Virus record (IMG/VR): IMGVR_UViG_3300032245_001170
Coordinates: 37,588 to 101,587 of that record
Length of the DNA: 64,000 nucleotides
Direction: 5' to 3' (one strand)
Origin: a virus
Below the pieces are notes generated by a model. That model did not search any database, had not been told where the DNA came from, and saw only the letters and a program-made list of their open reading frames with translations. Shown one piece after another: positions 10,327 to 20,183 of this stretch. The first letter of the stretch is position 1. The number at the start of each line of letters is the position of its first letter. The translations under genes were made by a program, and so were the position numbers.

Positions 10327-11888
10327 TGACGTTTACGGGCACCCTGCTTCCCTATCAACCGGAGGCTGTAGATGCCATGTGCGATCGTGGCAAGATGTTA
10401 GTTGCTTACGACCTTGGTTTGGGTAAAACTGTTCTTACTATCGCTGCAGTAGAGCGTCTTATGGACGAACAAAAGATTACAGAGCCGGGTATAGTTATCT
10501 GCCTGTCCAGTTTAAAATATCAGTGGGCAGAACAGATTAGGAAATTTACAGATGGAACTTCAACACCTTTGGTCATTGATGGAACGCCAAAACAAAGAGA
10601 AGCCCAGTACCAAGAGGCGTTCGACTGGGGGCATACACTCGTTGATTACGTTATTCTCAACTACGAGCAAGTTGTTAACGACTGGGAGTATGTACGACAG
10701 CTCCCTACAGGATTCATTATCTGTGACGAAGCAACCGCAATCAAAAGTTTTAGATCCAAACGCTCCAAGTACGTAAAGAAACTAAAGAGCGATTACAAGT
10801 TTGCTCTTACTGGTACACCGGTAGAAAACGGAAAACCAGAAGAGCTCTACTCAATCATGCAGTTTGTAGACAATAGTCTATTAGGTCGTTTTGATTTATT
10901 TGATCAAACCTTTATTGTTAGAAACAGATTTGGCGGAGTAGACCGTTACCGTAATCTTCCTTTATTAAATACGACCTTGTCTGCTGCTTGCGTAAGAAAG
11001 CGTCAATCAGATCCAGATGTCGCTCCATATTTGCCTGAAACTATTTTTGCTGAGCCCATCTTAATTCAATTTGATTCAGCTGGTTCTAAACTCTATAAGA
11101 GCATAGCGAACGAAATACTTACAGATTTAGAAGAAGCTATGGAATCTTATGGAACTAACTTTGACATTTTTTCTCATTACGGTCAAGCAAACTCCTTTGA
11201 TGGCGCTGACGCATTACGTGGAAAGATCATGTCTAAACTAACGTCATTAAGAATGTTATGTGATCACCCTGAATTGCTTCAGGTATCTGCAAAATCATCA
11301 GGTTATGTAGCTGACTTAAAAGAGACGGGTCGCCTAGATGCCGTTACAAAAGCACCTAAACTCTCTGCATTAAAAGAGTACGTAGACAACTTCTTAAGCC
11401 AGTATGAAGGAAATAAGGTTGTTATATTTACTAGTTATGTCCATATGGTGGACATTATTAGGAACACTTTACTTGTAGACTGGGGTAGTACGCCCTACAC
11501 CGGAGAAATGAATGCAAAGGACAAAGAAGAGTCTAAGCTTCTGTTTCAGACTGATCCTAATGTTAGGATCCTTGTTAGCTCTGACGCTGGTGGCTACGGC
11601 GTGGACTTGCCTCAAGCTAACCTACTTATTAATTATGACTTGCCGTGGAATGCTGGCTTGGCTGTACAACGTAACGGAAGAATTCGTAGGGCGTCATCTA
11701 CCTGGACGTCGATAGTTATTCAAGATTTCCTTATGGAGGGGTCTATTGAAGAGCGTCAACACGCTATGTTGCAACAAAAAATAGCTGTAGCTGCTGCTGT
11801 ATTAGACGGTGAGGGCATAGATGATAAGGGCGGAGTTGCTTTAACTGCAGGATCACTTAAGGCTTTTTTGCAGAATATAACGGTTTAA
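10326..11888 (+). CDS. SNF2-family helicase
   Basis: DLGLGKT, DEAT, LTGTPVEN, DLPWN..QRNGRIRR. Confidence 0.92.
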   Translation: MTFTGTLLPYQPEAVDAMCDRGKMLVAYDLGLGKTVLTIAAVERLMDEQKITEPGIVICLSSLKYQWAEQIRKFTDGTSTPLVIDGTPKQREAQYQEAFDWGHTLVDYVILNYEQVVNDWEYVRQLPTGFIICDEATAIKSFRSKRSKYVKKLKSDYKFALTGTPVENGKPEELYSIMQFVDNSLLGRFDLFDQTFIVRNRFGGVDRYRNLPLLNTTLSAACVRKRQSDPDVAPYLPETIFAEPILIQFDSAGSKLYKSIANEILTDLEEAMESYGTNFDIFSHYGQANSFDGADALRGKIMSKLTSLRMLCDHPELLQVSAKSSGYVADLKETGRLDAVTKAPKLSALKEYVDNFLSQYEGNKVVIFTSYVHMVDIIRNTLLVDWGSTPYTGEMNAKDKEESKLLFQTDPNVRILVSSDAGGYGVDLPQANLLINYDLPWNAGLAVQRNGRIRRASSTWTSIVIQDFLMEGSIEERQHAMLQQKIAVAAAVLDGEGIDDKGGVALTAGSLKAFLQNITV

Positions 11889-11897
11889 ACTTATTCA

Positions 11898-12041
11898 ATG
11901 CCTAACGCACCTAAGACACCAACACGGACTATTCGTGTAGCCAGCGACCTTTGGGCTGCTGTAAAAGACAAAGCCGCCATCGAGGGTCGCACAGTGACCG
12001 ACGTAATCGTTGAGGCATTAAAGAAGTACGTCTCGGAATAA
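11898..12041 (+). CDS. Ribbon-helix-helix DNA-binding protein (47 aa, absent from the ORF track)
   Basis: MPNAPKTPTRTIRVASDLWAAVKDKAAIEGRTVTDVIVEALKKYVSE. Confidence 0.8.
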   Translation: MPNAPKTPTRTIRVASDLWAAVKDKAAIEGRTVTDVIVEALKKYVSE

Positions 12042-12121
12042 ATTCCGTAGTACTATTGTTACACCCTAAGACCTGCTCACAATGAGGGGTCTATTACTAG
12101 TTATCGTCTAAGGAGATAATT

Positions 12122-12631
12122 ATGGCTCTTATACCTATGCCTGGAAAAGGCTATCCAGATCACGATTGGCACAAAAAGCAAGTAGCTGTGCCGCCAAAAT
12201 CAATAACAATCAATTCCCTATTCCCAAACTTTGATCGTTGGGCTATTGGGTTTGGACCTATGTTAACTACCTTTAACGAGGTATCAGCTTCGGCTAAACA
12301 GGCTTCCTACCCTCCGTACAATATTCGGCAAATTAACAAAGATCTTTATTACATTGAGATGGCTTTGGCAGGCTTTAACAAAGAAGGCCTAAGCGTGACA
12401 GTCCAAGAAAACATCTTAACTATTTCTGGCGAGGGAATCAATAGTTTCCTAGGAAATAGTGAGTTTGACTATGTACACCAAGGCTTGGCTAGACGGGACT
12501 TTGACCAAGAGTTCACCCTTGCTGAGCACGTAGAAGTTACCTCCGCTGAATTTAAGGATGGGCTTCTAACTATTACCCTAGAACGAATCCTCCCTAAAGA
12601 AAAGCAAGCTAAAGCTATTACCATCCAGTAA
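12122..12631 (+). CDS. Small heat-shock protein (Hsp20/IbpA-like)
   Basis: YPPYNI, ALAGF, HQGLA.R.F...F.LAE, DGLLTI. Confidence 0.93.
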   Translation: MALIPMPGKGYPDHDWHKKQVAVPPKSITINSLFPNFDRWAIGFGPMLTTFNEVSASAKQASYPPYNIRQINKDLYYIEMALAGFNKEGLSVTVQENILTISGEGINSFLGNSEFDYVHQGLARRDFDQEFTLAEHVEVTSAEFKDGLLTITLERILPKEKQAKAITIQ

Positions 12632-12632
12632 C

Positions 12633-12662
12633 TTGCACTTTGTCGGTGGGGTGGTATAGGAT
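12633..12662 (+). promoter_or_regulatory. Putative sigma70/SigA-type promoter
   Basis: TTGCAC-18 nt-TAGGAT upstream of RBS AAAGGAGG and ATG 12681. Confidence 0.5.
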
Positions 12663-12680
12663 GTTTCTAAAGGAGGCAAC

Positions 12681-13115
12681 ATGCCAAATATCATCCCACC
12701 GGACAAAAAGCCGGTAAGTTCAGTACTAAGTAAGGTTCAACAATTTATTGCTATTAAGCGTCAATTAGACGACTTAACTAAAGAGCAGACACAGCTTAAA
12801 AATTATCTTTCTGATCTAGTAGATAAAGAGGGTGAGCCTGACGATAAGGGTCATCTCTGGTATCCACTAGAAGAAGAAGTAGATGGCTATCGTTCATTAC
12901 AGCGTCAACGTAAAGTCTCTCAAAGCCTTGATGCAGATGCTGCTACTCGTATCCTTGCTGAACGAGGATTAGCAGATCGCTGTTACTCTATGCAACCAGT
13001 ATTAAATGAGGACGAGGTTATGGCCTGTCTTTATGAAGGAAAGTTGTCAGAAGAGGATATCGATACGATGTTCCCTAAGAAAATTATTTGGGCCTTTATT
13101 CCTTCTAAATCTTAA
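12681..13115 (+). CDS. Hypothetical coiled-coil protein
   Basis: Strong RBS; 144 aa. Confidence 0.65.
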   Translation: MPNIIPPDKKPVSSVLSKVQQFIAIKRQLDDLTKEQTQLKNYLSDLVDKEGEPDDKGHLWYPLEEEVDGYRSLQRQRKVSQSLDADAATRILAERGLADRCYSMQPVLNEDEVMACLYEGKLSEEDIDTMFPKKIIWAFIPSKS

Positions 13116-13122
13116 GGTAGAT

Positions 13123-13590
13123 ATGAACGACGAAGTTGACAAACTGTTTGAAGGCCTGGATGATTACTACCCTGGCTCAAAACGTAAACGTCGTAAACCA
13201 GATCCAAATGTAAAACCACGCAAAGTTTCTGCACCAAATGCTTGGAATGCTGACCCTCAAGTCAAAGCATTACCAAACGGAAAGGTGATAGAATTGTTTA
13301 GTGCCGGAGCTATGGCTCTTGCATTAGGCAGACCGTTAGTTACTTTGAGACTTTGGGAACGAAAAGGTTATATACCACGTGCACCCTATCGCCTGAAGTC
13401 AATGATTGTGAATGGTGTAAAGAAGCCCGGATGGCGGATGTACAGCAAAGCAATTGTCGAAGCAACTATTGAGAGCTTTCAATCTAGAGGACTTCTTGAA
13501 GCACCTCGGGTTGATTGGAATCGGCATCATGATCTATCAATTGAATTGATGGAGAAATGGACTAAGATTCATACTCAAGAAACAACTTAA
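13123..13590 (+). CDS. MerR-like HTH DNA-binding protein
   Basis: FSAGAMALALGRPLVTLRLWERKGYIP...WRMYS. Confidence 0.7.
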   Translation: MNDEVDKLFEGLDDYYPGSKRKRRKPDPNVKPRKVSAPNAWNADPQVKALPNGKVIELFSAGAMALALGRPLVTLRLWERKGYIPRAPYRLKSMIVNGVKKPGWRMYSKAIVEATIESFQSRGLLEAPRVDWNRHHDLSIELMEKWTKIHTQETT

Positions 13591-13636
13591 TATGACCATC
13601 AACCAATGATCCACTGACTATGAAAGGAATATCCAA

Positions 13637-14338
13637 ATGGGTATCCGCATTGAAAGCCAAGCAACACCAAACGTCGATTCTTATGTAGTCGACACCCCTA
13701 CTACCGAAGTTCTCGAAGAGATCTTCCAAGCTGAAGACGAATCAGAAGTTCCTGAGCGTTCTTCAGTAATTCAAACAGGTTGGGCAGCAGCTAAGAAAGC
13801 TGTAGCAAAGTCCAACAAAACATTCGCAACTGACTTCCGCTTTGACGAGGATGTCCAACTAATTAAATTCATTGGTAATGAACCAATGTCCTTTATGCAG
13901 CACTGGGTAAACCGTCCTGGAAAGAAGTCCTTTATTAGCATTGGTGAGGGTGACCCGCTAGTTGCTGTAGGAAGTAAGCCAGATCAAAAGTTTGCGTTTA
14001 CTGTACTTAACCTATCTGACGAAGATCCACAACTACAACTAATGATTGTTGGAGTTCGTCTCTGCGGACAACTTGAGAAGCTTGATTCTGATAAGAAGAC
14101 AGGTCCACTTAATCGTCCTGACATTTACTGGGCAGTCAGCAAGTCTGGCACCGGTACAAAAACATCATACTCAGTTACACCTGTAAAAGAGCGTGACCTT
14201 GCTGAGGATTGGGGTATTGACCCTGTTGCAGCCTCAGAGCTAATCAAAACAATGAAGCCACTAGGACCAGATGCGTTACATACATCTACCAAGGCTGAAC
14301 TTGCTGAGATTGCTCGTGAAATTGCATCCGGTAACTAA
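13637..14338 (+). CDS. ssDNA-binding protein (gp32-like)
   Basis: FMQHW..SF.S, 'SGTGTKTSYSV'; directly upstream of polA. Confidence 0.6.
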   Translation: MGIRIESQATPNVDSYVVDTPTTEVLEEIFQAEDESEVPERSSVIQTGWAAAKKAVAKSNKTFATDFRFDEDVQLIKFIGNEPMSFMQHWVNRPGKKSFISIGEGDPLVAVGSKPDQKFAFTVLNLSDEDPQLQLMIVGVRLCGQLEKLDSDKKTGPLNRPDIYWAVSKSGTGTKTSYSVTPVKERDLAEDWGIDPVAASELIKTMKPLGPDALHTSTKAELAEIAREIASGN

Positions 14339-14350
14339 TCCCAAATAATC

Positions 14351-14400
14351 GTGCTGGGGGCTCAGTCTCTTGTCTCCTTTCTCTAATGAGCCCCCAGCGC
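14351..14400 (+). promoter_or_regulatory. 14-bp hairpin with an anti-SD loop, upstream of polA
   Basis: GTGCTGGGGGCTCA/TGAGCCCCCAGCGC; loop contains CTCCTTTCT. Confidence 0.7.
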
Positions 14401-14418
14401 ACCTAATCAAGGAGCGCT

Positions 14419-16395
14419 ATGAATATTATTACTACAGAAAAACAACTTAAAGATCTTGTTGCTGCCTACGATAAAGTAGATGCGTTTTGTTTCGACGTAG
14501 AAACAGTTGGCAACCATAGAGGAGACCCACGTCAAAATATTGTTACGTGGATTGCGTTAGCTACTCATGATCGGGTAGATGTTATTCCAATGGGACACCC
14601 AAATGGTGAGTATTTGCGTACCGAATACCCTTTGCTTCCTTCTGCCGTAGTCAGAGTATCTAAAGGCATGGAGTTAAGAGATTCTGATTACAGTAAGGAT
14701 GAGCGCAAAGCAACTCGTATCTTTGGCCCAGCACCTGAGCAGTTAACTGCGGGAGAAGTGTTTAAGGCTTTAAAGCCCCTATTACATAGTGACAAGGTAA
14801 AGATTGGTCACAACCTTAAGTTTGATTTACAAAGCGTTACTAAATACATTGGGCAATTGCCTACACCAAATTACTTCTGCACATTGAATGCTGCGTTTAT
14901 CTTAGATAACCAGAACCGCAACGATCTTGGATTAGATGATTGTTTAAAGCGCGAGTTCGGTTATCACATGGTCAAAGGAGTAGGTAAAGAAGTAGAGAAG
15001 CACAGTTTTGACGAGGTTGCTACATACGCTGCGTTAGATGCTGAGTGGACTTGGAAGTTGTACCTCCTTTACTCTATTAATCTTGAGAAGGACGGTCTCC
15101 GTGGCATTTTTAACTTAGAGATGGATGTTCTAGAAGTTATCTGCCGTATGGAATTACGCGGTGCGGATATAGATGTTGCAGAGCTAGAAAACTTGAAGGC
15201 CAACCTTGAAGTTCAGCTTGAGACTTGTAAGGCTACTATCTATCGTCTTGCAGGAAAAGCTTTTAACATCAACAGTGTTCCTGAAAAACAAAAGATGCTG
15301 TATTCACCTAAAAAAGATGGTGGCAGAGGGTTGCGTCCAAAGGTACTTACTCCTGCTGGACAGAAGCGGGCAGAGGAAGGTCAGCCCTCCTCGGTAGCTG
15401 ACTACTCAGTAGCAGAGCCTGCGTTACAGGCCTTTGCAGGAAAGGATCCATTAGTTGATGCTCTTATTGAGTATTCAGATTTAAACAAATTATTAACTAC
15501 TTATGTAATTCCGTATATGGGTGGGGATATAACTAGAACTTTGGCGGGTAAATCTAAAGTTACCGCTAAGAAGAGCATCATGTTCAAGGGCAGAATCCAC
15601 ACAGACTTTGTTCAGTATGGCGCAGAGACTGGTCGTTTTTCTAGTCGTAATCCAAATCTTCAAAATGTACCTGCTCCACACACATTTAACGGAAAAGCCA
15701 TTCGTAATCTTTTTGTTGCTCCGGAGGGGCACTCTTTAGTAGTTGCCGACTACAGTCAGATCGAACCTAGAGTTATTGCTTCATTTAGCCAAGATCGAAT
15801 TATGTGTGGGGCTTATCTAAATGGAGAGGATATCTATACCACTATCGGTAACACTATGGGTGTAGATAGAAAAGCGGGTAAGGTCTTAGTTTTATCCTTA
15901 GCTTACGGTGTGGGTCCAGATAAAATTTCTGATTCAATTGGTTGTTCTTTACCTGAAGCTAGAGAGCTATTGGATGAGTTCGTCCGCAAATTCCCATCTG
16001 TTGCTAGGTACAAGAAACAGGTTATCAGCGATAGCCGTAGGCAAGCTCCAATCCCCTTTGCTAGTACTTTGTTAAAACGTCGCCGGTATCTACCTGACCT
16101 GAGATCCCCAGAGGTTTGGAAGCGTTCTAGGGCTGAACGTCAGGCTTTTAACACGGTTATTCAAGGGTCGGCAGCCGACCTCATTAAACTTGCTATGATT
16201 AGGGCTAACAAAATGATCCCAGAAAGGGCTTCTCTAATTTTAACTGTGCATGATGAGTTAGTTACTGTTACCCCTAATGAGATTGCAGAAGAAACGGCTG
16301 AACAGATTCGTAAAGCTATGGAAGAAATTAAAGCATTGAATGTTCCGATGCTCGCAGACATCACGATTGTAAAGCGATGGGGAGAGGCTAAATGA
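14419..16395 (+). CDS. polA: Family A DNA polymerase with 3'-5' exonuclease
   Basis: FDVET, HNLKFD, YAALDA; TGRFSSRNPNLQN; ADYSQIE; KVLVLSLAYG; IQGSAAD; VHDE. Confidence 0.96.
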   Translation: MNIITTEKQLKDLVAAYDKVDAFCFDVETVGNHRGDPRQNIVTWIALATHDRVDVIPMGHPNGEYLRTEYPLLPSAVVRVSKGMELRDSDYSKDERKATRIFGPAPEQLTAGEVFKALKPLLHSDKVKIGHNLKFDLQSVTKYIGQLPTPNYFCTLNAAFILDNQNRNDLGLDDCLKREFGYHMVKGVGKEVEKHSFDEVATYAALDAEWTWKLYLLYSINLEKDGLRGIFNLEMDVLEVICRMELRGADIDVAELENLKANLEVQLETCKATIYRLAGKAFNINSVPEKQKMLYSPKKDGGRGLRPKVLTPAGQKRAEEGQPSSVADYSVAEPALQAFAGKDPLVDALIEYSDLNKLLTTYVIPYMGGDITRTLAGKSKVTAKKSIMFKGRIHTDFVQYGAETGRFSSRNPNLQNVPAPHTFNGKAIRNLFVAPEGHSLVVADYSQIEPRVIASFSQDRIMCGAYLNGEDIYTTIGNTMGVDRKAGKVLVLSLAYGVGPDKISDSIGCSLPEARELLDEFVRKFPSVARYKKQVISDSRRQAPIPFASTLLKRRRYLPDLRSPEVWKRSRAERQAFNTVIQGSAADLIKLAMIRANKMIPERASLILTVHDELVTVTPNEIAEETAEQIRKAMEEIKALNVPMLADITIVKRWGEAK

Positions 16396-16811
16396 GGTTC
16401 TGGAGATCAAAGAAACGTAAGGTAAATGTTACTCAAGTGCCCTTAAGTGTTTTGATGCGTCAAATTGTTTATGATGCAATGCTAACACCTACAGAGGGCA
16501 TAGCAGAAATGATGGGGCTCCCACCTATTTCTGATGAGGTAGCGGATATGGAACAAGAAGCTCATGAAACTCGTTTAGGAAAGATTGCAGGCTTACTTCC
16601 CTTTATCGATGCTCACGCAGAAATACTGGCAAAGATTGCAACTGCTGCGTATACGCTAGACCATGACTTTGATGAAAGAATACCTGAGGAAGGTTTAGAT
16701 CAATTAAGTGAGTTGTTTAAGATGGTTGCCTTGGCTTCTTCAGTCTCTTGTGTATCAACACTAAATAATATTGGGTTAATTCATTCGAAAGTGAGTATGG
16801 ACGATGAGTAA
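16392..16811 (+). CDS. Hypothetical protein
   Basis: ATGA overlap with polA. Confidence 0.65.
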   Translation: MRFWRSKKRKVNVTQVPLSVLMRQIVYDAMLTPTEGIAEMMGLPPISDEVADMEQEAHETRLGKIAGLLPFIDAHAEILAKIATAAYTLDHDFDERIPEEGLDQLSELFKMVALASSVSCVSTLNNIGLIHSKVSMDDE

Positions 16812-16926
16812 GTTTATTTGTAAAATTTTTGGTCATAAGATGTATAACATCTCTTGGGGTGAGTCTGAGTTTACAGTGCTCTGCACTCGTTGCGAAAATC
16901 AATGGGGAACTAGAAATGTCAAATAA
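16804..16926 (+). CDS. 40-aa Cys/His Zn-binding peptide (DUF1660-like)
   Basis: MSKFICKIFGHK...CTRC; fills the gap between neighbours. Confidence 0.55.
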   Translation: MSKFICKIFGHKMYNISWGESEFTVLCTRCENQWGTRNVK

Positions 16927-17305
16927 TTGGTGGGCAAATAAGCTAGGCACCCCTGTACAGCCTTCTTCTACTCCAAATACAAACCTTCCATCAGGAACTG
17001 TTTATCGTCCCCCACAACAAACTCCTAACGTACAGGTTTCTTATGATCCAAACCAAGATCAATTAGTTACCAGAGCGCAGAGCGCCAGGGATTCAGAACG
17101 TTGTCCTGGCTGTATGTCTGGCAACTATATGGCCCCAGTTGGCACTCAACGTAAACGTTGTTATGATTGCGGCTATCCAATTGTTCAGGCAGGTACTGGA
17201 GCAGGCGGTACAGGTGCGTCTAGTAGCGGTCCAACGATTGCAGCTAAACAACCAAATCAAAGCGGTGGATTTAATCCAACAACAATCGTAGGGAGACTTG
17301 AATAA
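16916..17305 (+). CDS. Zn-ribbon hypothetical protein
   Basis: CPGC..CYDCG; probable start MSNNWW. Confidence 0.65.
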   Translation: MSNNWWANKLGTPVQPSSTPNTNLPSGTVYRPPQQTPNVQVSYDPNQDQLVTRAQSARDSERCPGCMSGNYMAPVGTQRKRCYDCGYPIVQAGTGAGGTGASSSGPTIAAKQPNQSGGFNPTTIVGRLE

Positions 17306-18354
17306 TGGCATTAAGTACAGAAGCATTAAAGATCGCAGCAGGAATTAATAAGAAGCTTGGTGCTAACACAGTTATTCTTGCTGGAGAGGCACAGTTGTCT
17401 CAACGCATTACGTCTGGCTCTTTGACTCTAGATGTTGTTCTTGGTGGTGGTTGGCCTATGAATCGTTGGGTTGAACTAGTTGGTGAGGCTTCTCATGGAA
17501 AGACTGCAATTGCTCTAAGAACTATTGCAGCTAACCAAAAACTTAATCCAGACTTTACTGCTGTATGGATTGCCGCAGAAGACTTTGACGCTAAGTATGC
17601 AGAGCTTTGCGGAGTAGATAACAGTCGTGTATTACTTGTAGAAACTAATAGTATGGAGGATGCTTTTGATTCGGTTATTCAATTCATGGAGAGCAAGGCT
17701 GTTGACATGGTTGTTGTGGATTCCCTTCCAGCCCTTGTTCCTGGCGCAGAAGATGAAAAGCATATGGAAGAATTTACTGTGGGTCGTGGCGCACTTATTA
17801 CCAATAAGTTCTTTAGAAAAGTGGCGTCAGCTACCAAACGAGACCTCATCGAATCAGAACGACCAGTCCTAGGAATTATGATTAACCAGTATCGTATGAA
17901 GATTGGCGTTATGCACGGAGATCCTAGAACCACTCCTGGAGGTTTGGGCAAGGATTATGCGTATAGCGTACGTTGCGAAGTAAAGCGTGATGACTGGGTA
18001 GAAGTAGGGACCGGAGAAAGCAAGCGTCGAGTAGGTCAAACTATTCGTGTTCGTACAATTAAGAACAAGACTTTTCCTCCACAACAGACTGCTTACCTAG
18101 ACTTTTACTTTGCAGACGGCGGTGCAATTGATGCCGGTGGATATGACACTGGTAAAGAGATTGTTGCTCTATCTATTCTTAACGGGATTGTTGAGCGACG
18201 CGGTGGATGGATGTACTACGGAGACCGCAAATGGCAGGGAGCACAGGCTCTTATTGATTCTCTTAGAGAAGAGATTGAGCTACGTGAAGAGTTAAGTAAG
18301 GCGGTAATGAGCACTATTAAGGCTCAACCGATTTTGGCTATTGATGAAGAGTAA
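17305..18354 (+). CDS. recA: RecA-like recombinase
   Basis: SGSLTLD..LGGGWP, GEASHGKT, VVDS, INQ.R.KIGVM.GDP.TTPGG. Confidence 0.95.
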   Translation: MALSTEALKIAAGINKKLGANTVILAGEAQLSQRITSGSLTLDVVLGGGWPMNRWVELVGEASHGKTAIALRTIAANQKLNPDFTAVWIAAEDFDAKYAELCGVDNSRVLLVETNSMEDAFDSVIQFMESKAVDMVVVDSLPALVPGAEDEKHMEEFTVGRGALITNKFFRKVASATKRDLIESERPVLGIMINQYRMKIGVMHGDPRTTPGGLGKDYAYSVRCEVKRDDWVEVGTGESKRRVGQTIRVRTIKNKTFPPQQTAYLDFYFADGGAIDAGGYDTGKEIVALSILNGIVERRGGWMYYGDRKWQGAQALIDSLREEIELREELSKAVMSTIKAQPILAIDEE

Positions 18355-18661
18355 GGGACAAAAAGAATCTCTAAAGCATGAGAAGCGTTTAGAGAAGTTG
18401 GTGGATGGTCAGCGTTCTGCAGCGTCAGGCGCTTTCTGGTCACGTAAAGGGGATGTACGGAGTGATGATCTTTTGATTGAGCACAAATGGACTGGCAAAA
18501 AGTCAGTAACCATTAAATCAGAAGTTCTTAAGAAGATTACTACCGAAGCTATCCTTGATAGTCGTATTCCGGTTTTAGGTCTTCACCTTGATGGCGAGAA
18601 CTATGTAGTTTTAGGAGAGGAGGATTTCTTTGAACTTCGTAACGCACTCAGGGGTGACTAA
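18341..18661 (+). CDS. PD-(D/E)xK nuclease, Holliday-junction resolvase-like
   Basis: ASGA..KGDV...IEHK. Confidence 0.7.
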   Translation: MMKSKGQKESLKHEKRLEKLVDGQRSAASGAFWSRKGDVRSDDLLIEHKWTGKKSVTIKSEVLKKITTEAILDSRIPVLGLHLDGENYVVLGEEDFFELRNALRGD

Positions 18662-18991
18662 ATGGAACATGACAATGAGCCTAGTTGGGCTTGGAGATAC
18701 GACGCTAAATGTCGAGGAGAAGATACAGAGATATTCTTTCCTCCGAGAGATAAGGCGTTATACAAACCTATAGCTAACAAAGCGAAAGCTATTTGTTGGG
18801 GGAAAGACGGTAGACCCGCTTGCCCGGTTAGGAAAAATTGCCTTAAAGAGGCTATCATTAACGATGAGTTGCATGGCATCTTTGGTGGAATGTCTCACCG
18901 AGAAAGAAATGCAGCAAAGCGTAAGTATGAAAAACAAGGTTTAACACTAGACGAATGGATAGAACAAGATGGCAAATACGGGCAAACCTAA
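18662..18991 (+). CDS. whiB: WhiB-family transcription factor (second copy)
   Basis: C...IFFP..C..CPV...C...GIFGG. Confidence 0.9.
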   Translation: MEHDNEPSWAWRYDAKCRGEDTEIFFPPRDKALYKPIANKAKAICWGKDGRPACPVRKNCLKEAIINDELHGIFGGMSHRERNAAKRKYEKQGLTLDEWIEQDGKYGQT

Positions 18992-19865
18992 GACGGTTTC
19001 TTTAAAGGCATATCTAGACGCTAATAAACGAGATACTCGTTTGGTAGGTGCTGTTGAGCGCCACTTGTTAGCAAAGCCTTTTGATAATCGTAAGATGGAT
19101 ATCATTCACCCATCTGACATGATTAAGCCCGAATGGTGCCACCTTGCTCAGTATCATGCAATTAAAGGTAATTACAAAGAGGTTCGTGAAAAGCCTACCC
19201 TTCGCCTGCAGTCTATATTTGACGAAGGCCACACTATCCACGCTAAGTGGCAGAAGTGGTTAACAGAGATGGGCGTTCTATTTGGTAAATGGGATTGCTC
19301 AGAATGTGGCCCATCCGATTGGGAGTTGGCTTCTGACTTAAACTTTAATGATCCAGACTGCGGAGTATTTGAATATCGAGAAGTACCTTTGTGGAGCAAT
19401 AAGCACCGGATCGGTGGTCACTCTGATGGTTGGGTAAAGGGTTTGGGAGATGACTTCCTTATAGAGATTAAGTCTATTGGCGCAGGCACTCTTCGCTTTG
19501 AAGCACCAGCTTTACTGGCTCAAGCAGATGGAGACTTAGAAAAAGCATGGCGCAATATTCGTGCTCCTTTTCGTTCGCATCAGTTGCAAGGTCAGGTATA
19601 CCTGCATCTAACTCATTTGATGGTTGAGAGCGGAGACCTACCTTCTGCACCAAATGAGATCGTATATATCTATGAGCTTAAAGCCAACCAAGATTACAAA
19701 GAGTTTACGGTCCAGTACAACCCGGACTTTACAAAAGAGCTCTTTGATCAAGCATTGGATATTGCGTGGGCAGTTGACAACGACCGTCCACCTGTGTGTA
19801 GTATTGACCCTATCAAGGGCTGTAAACGTTGCGAACCCTTTAGGAGTCAAGATGCCAAACTATGA
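18969..19865 (+). CDS. Cas4/RecB-like PD-(D/E)xK exonuclease
   Basis: HPS..WC, G..IH, GHSDG..IEIKS, QGQVY, C-terminal Cys cluster. Confidence 0.8.
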   Translation: MANTGKPKTVSLKAYLDANKRDTRLVGAVERHLLAKPFDNRKMDIIHPSDMIKPEWCHLAQYHAIKGNYKEVREKPTLRLQSIFDEGHTIHAKWQKWLTEMGVLFGKWDCSECGPSDWELASDLNFNDPDCGVFEYREVPLWSNKHRIGGHSDGWVKGLGDDFLIEIKSIGAGTLRFEAPALLAQADGDLEKAWRNIRAPFRSHQLQGQVYLHLTHLMVESGDLPSAPNEIVYIYELKANQDYKEFTVQYNPDFTKELFDQALDIAWAVDNDRPPVCSIDPIKGCKRCEPFRSQDAKL

Positions 19866-20022
19866 ATACAAGTGTGTTAAGTGTCAGTCTAGTTTTGAAA
19901 GTTTTTTCCCAATTGCAGAAGGTCCAGCACCTGCTGTAGTGTGTGAGTGTGGGGGAGAGGCGTTTCGCCAGTACTCAACATTTGGTATTCAACTTAAAGG
20001 CGGAGGGTGGGGCGGTCAATGA
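19852..20022 (+). CDS. FmdB-family zinc-ribbon protein
   Basis: MPNYEYKCVKC...CECG...LKGGGW. Confidence 0.85.
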   Translation: MPNYEYKCVKCQSSFESFFPIAEGPAPAVVCECGGEAFRQYSTFGIQLKGGGWGGQ

Positions 20023-20183
20023 TTAAGTACCCGGGGTTGTTAGAGGTTGGGCTTGATCTTCCAGTATTAGTGGGAGATGACGACTTTATAGAACATCTAC
20101 ACGAAAACGGTTTTACAGATACGATTGATATTAACGACTTAATGTTTGAGTGGATTGACTGGGCAAAGGAGAACGTAGCATGA
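20019..20183 (+). CDS. Small acidic hypothetical protein (54 aa)
   Basis: ATGA overlaps at both ends. Confidence 0.6.
   Translation: MIKYPGLLEVGLDLPVLVGDDDFIEHLHENGFTDTIDINDLMFEWIDWAKENVA

Noticed and set aside
18969-19865. Cas4 as evidence of CRISPR-Cas
   Set aside because: Stand-alone phage recombination nuclease; no other cas genes or array
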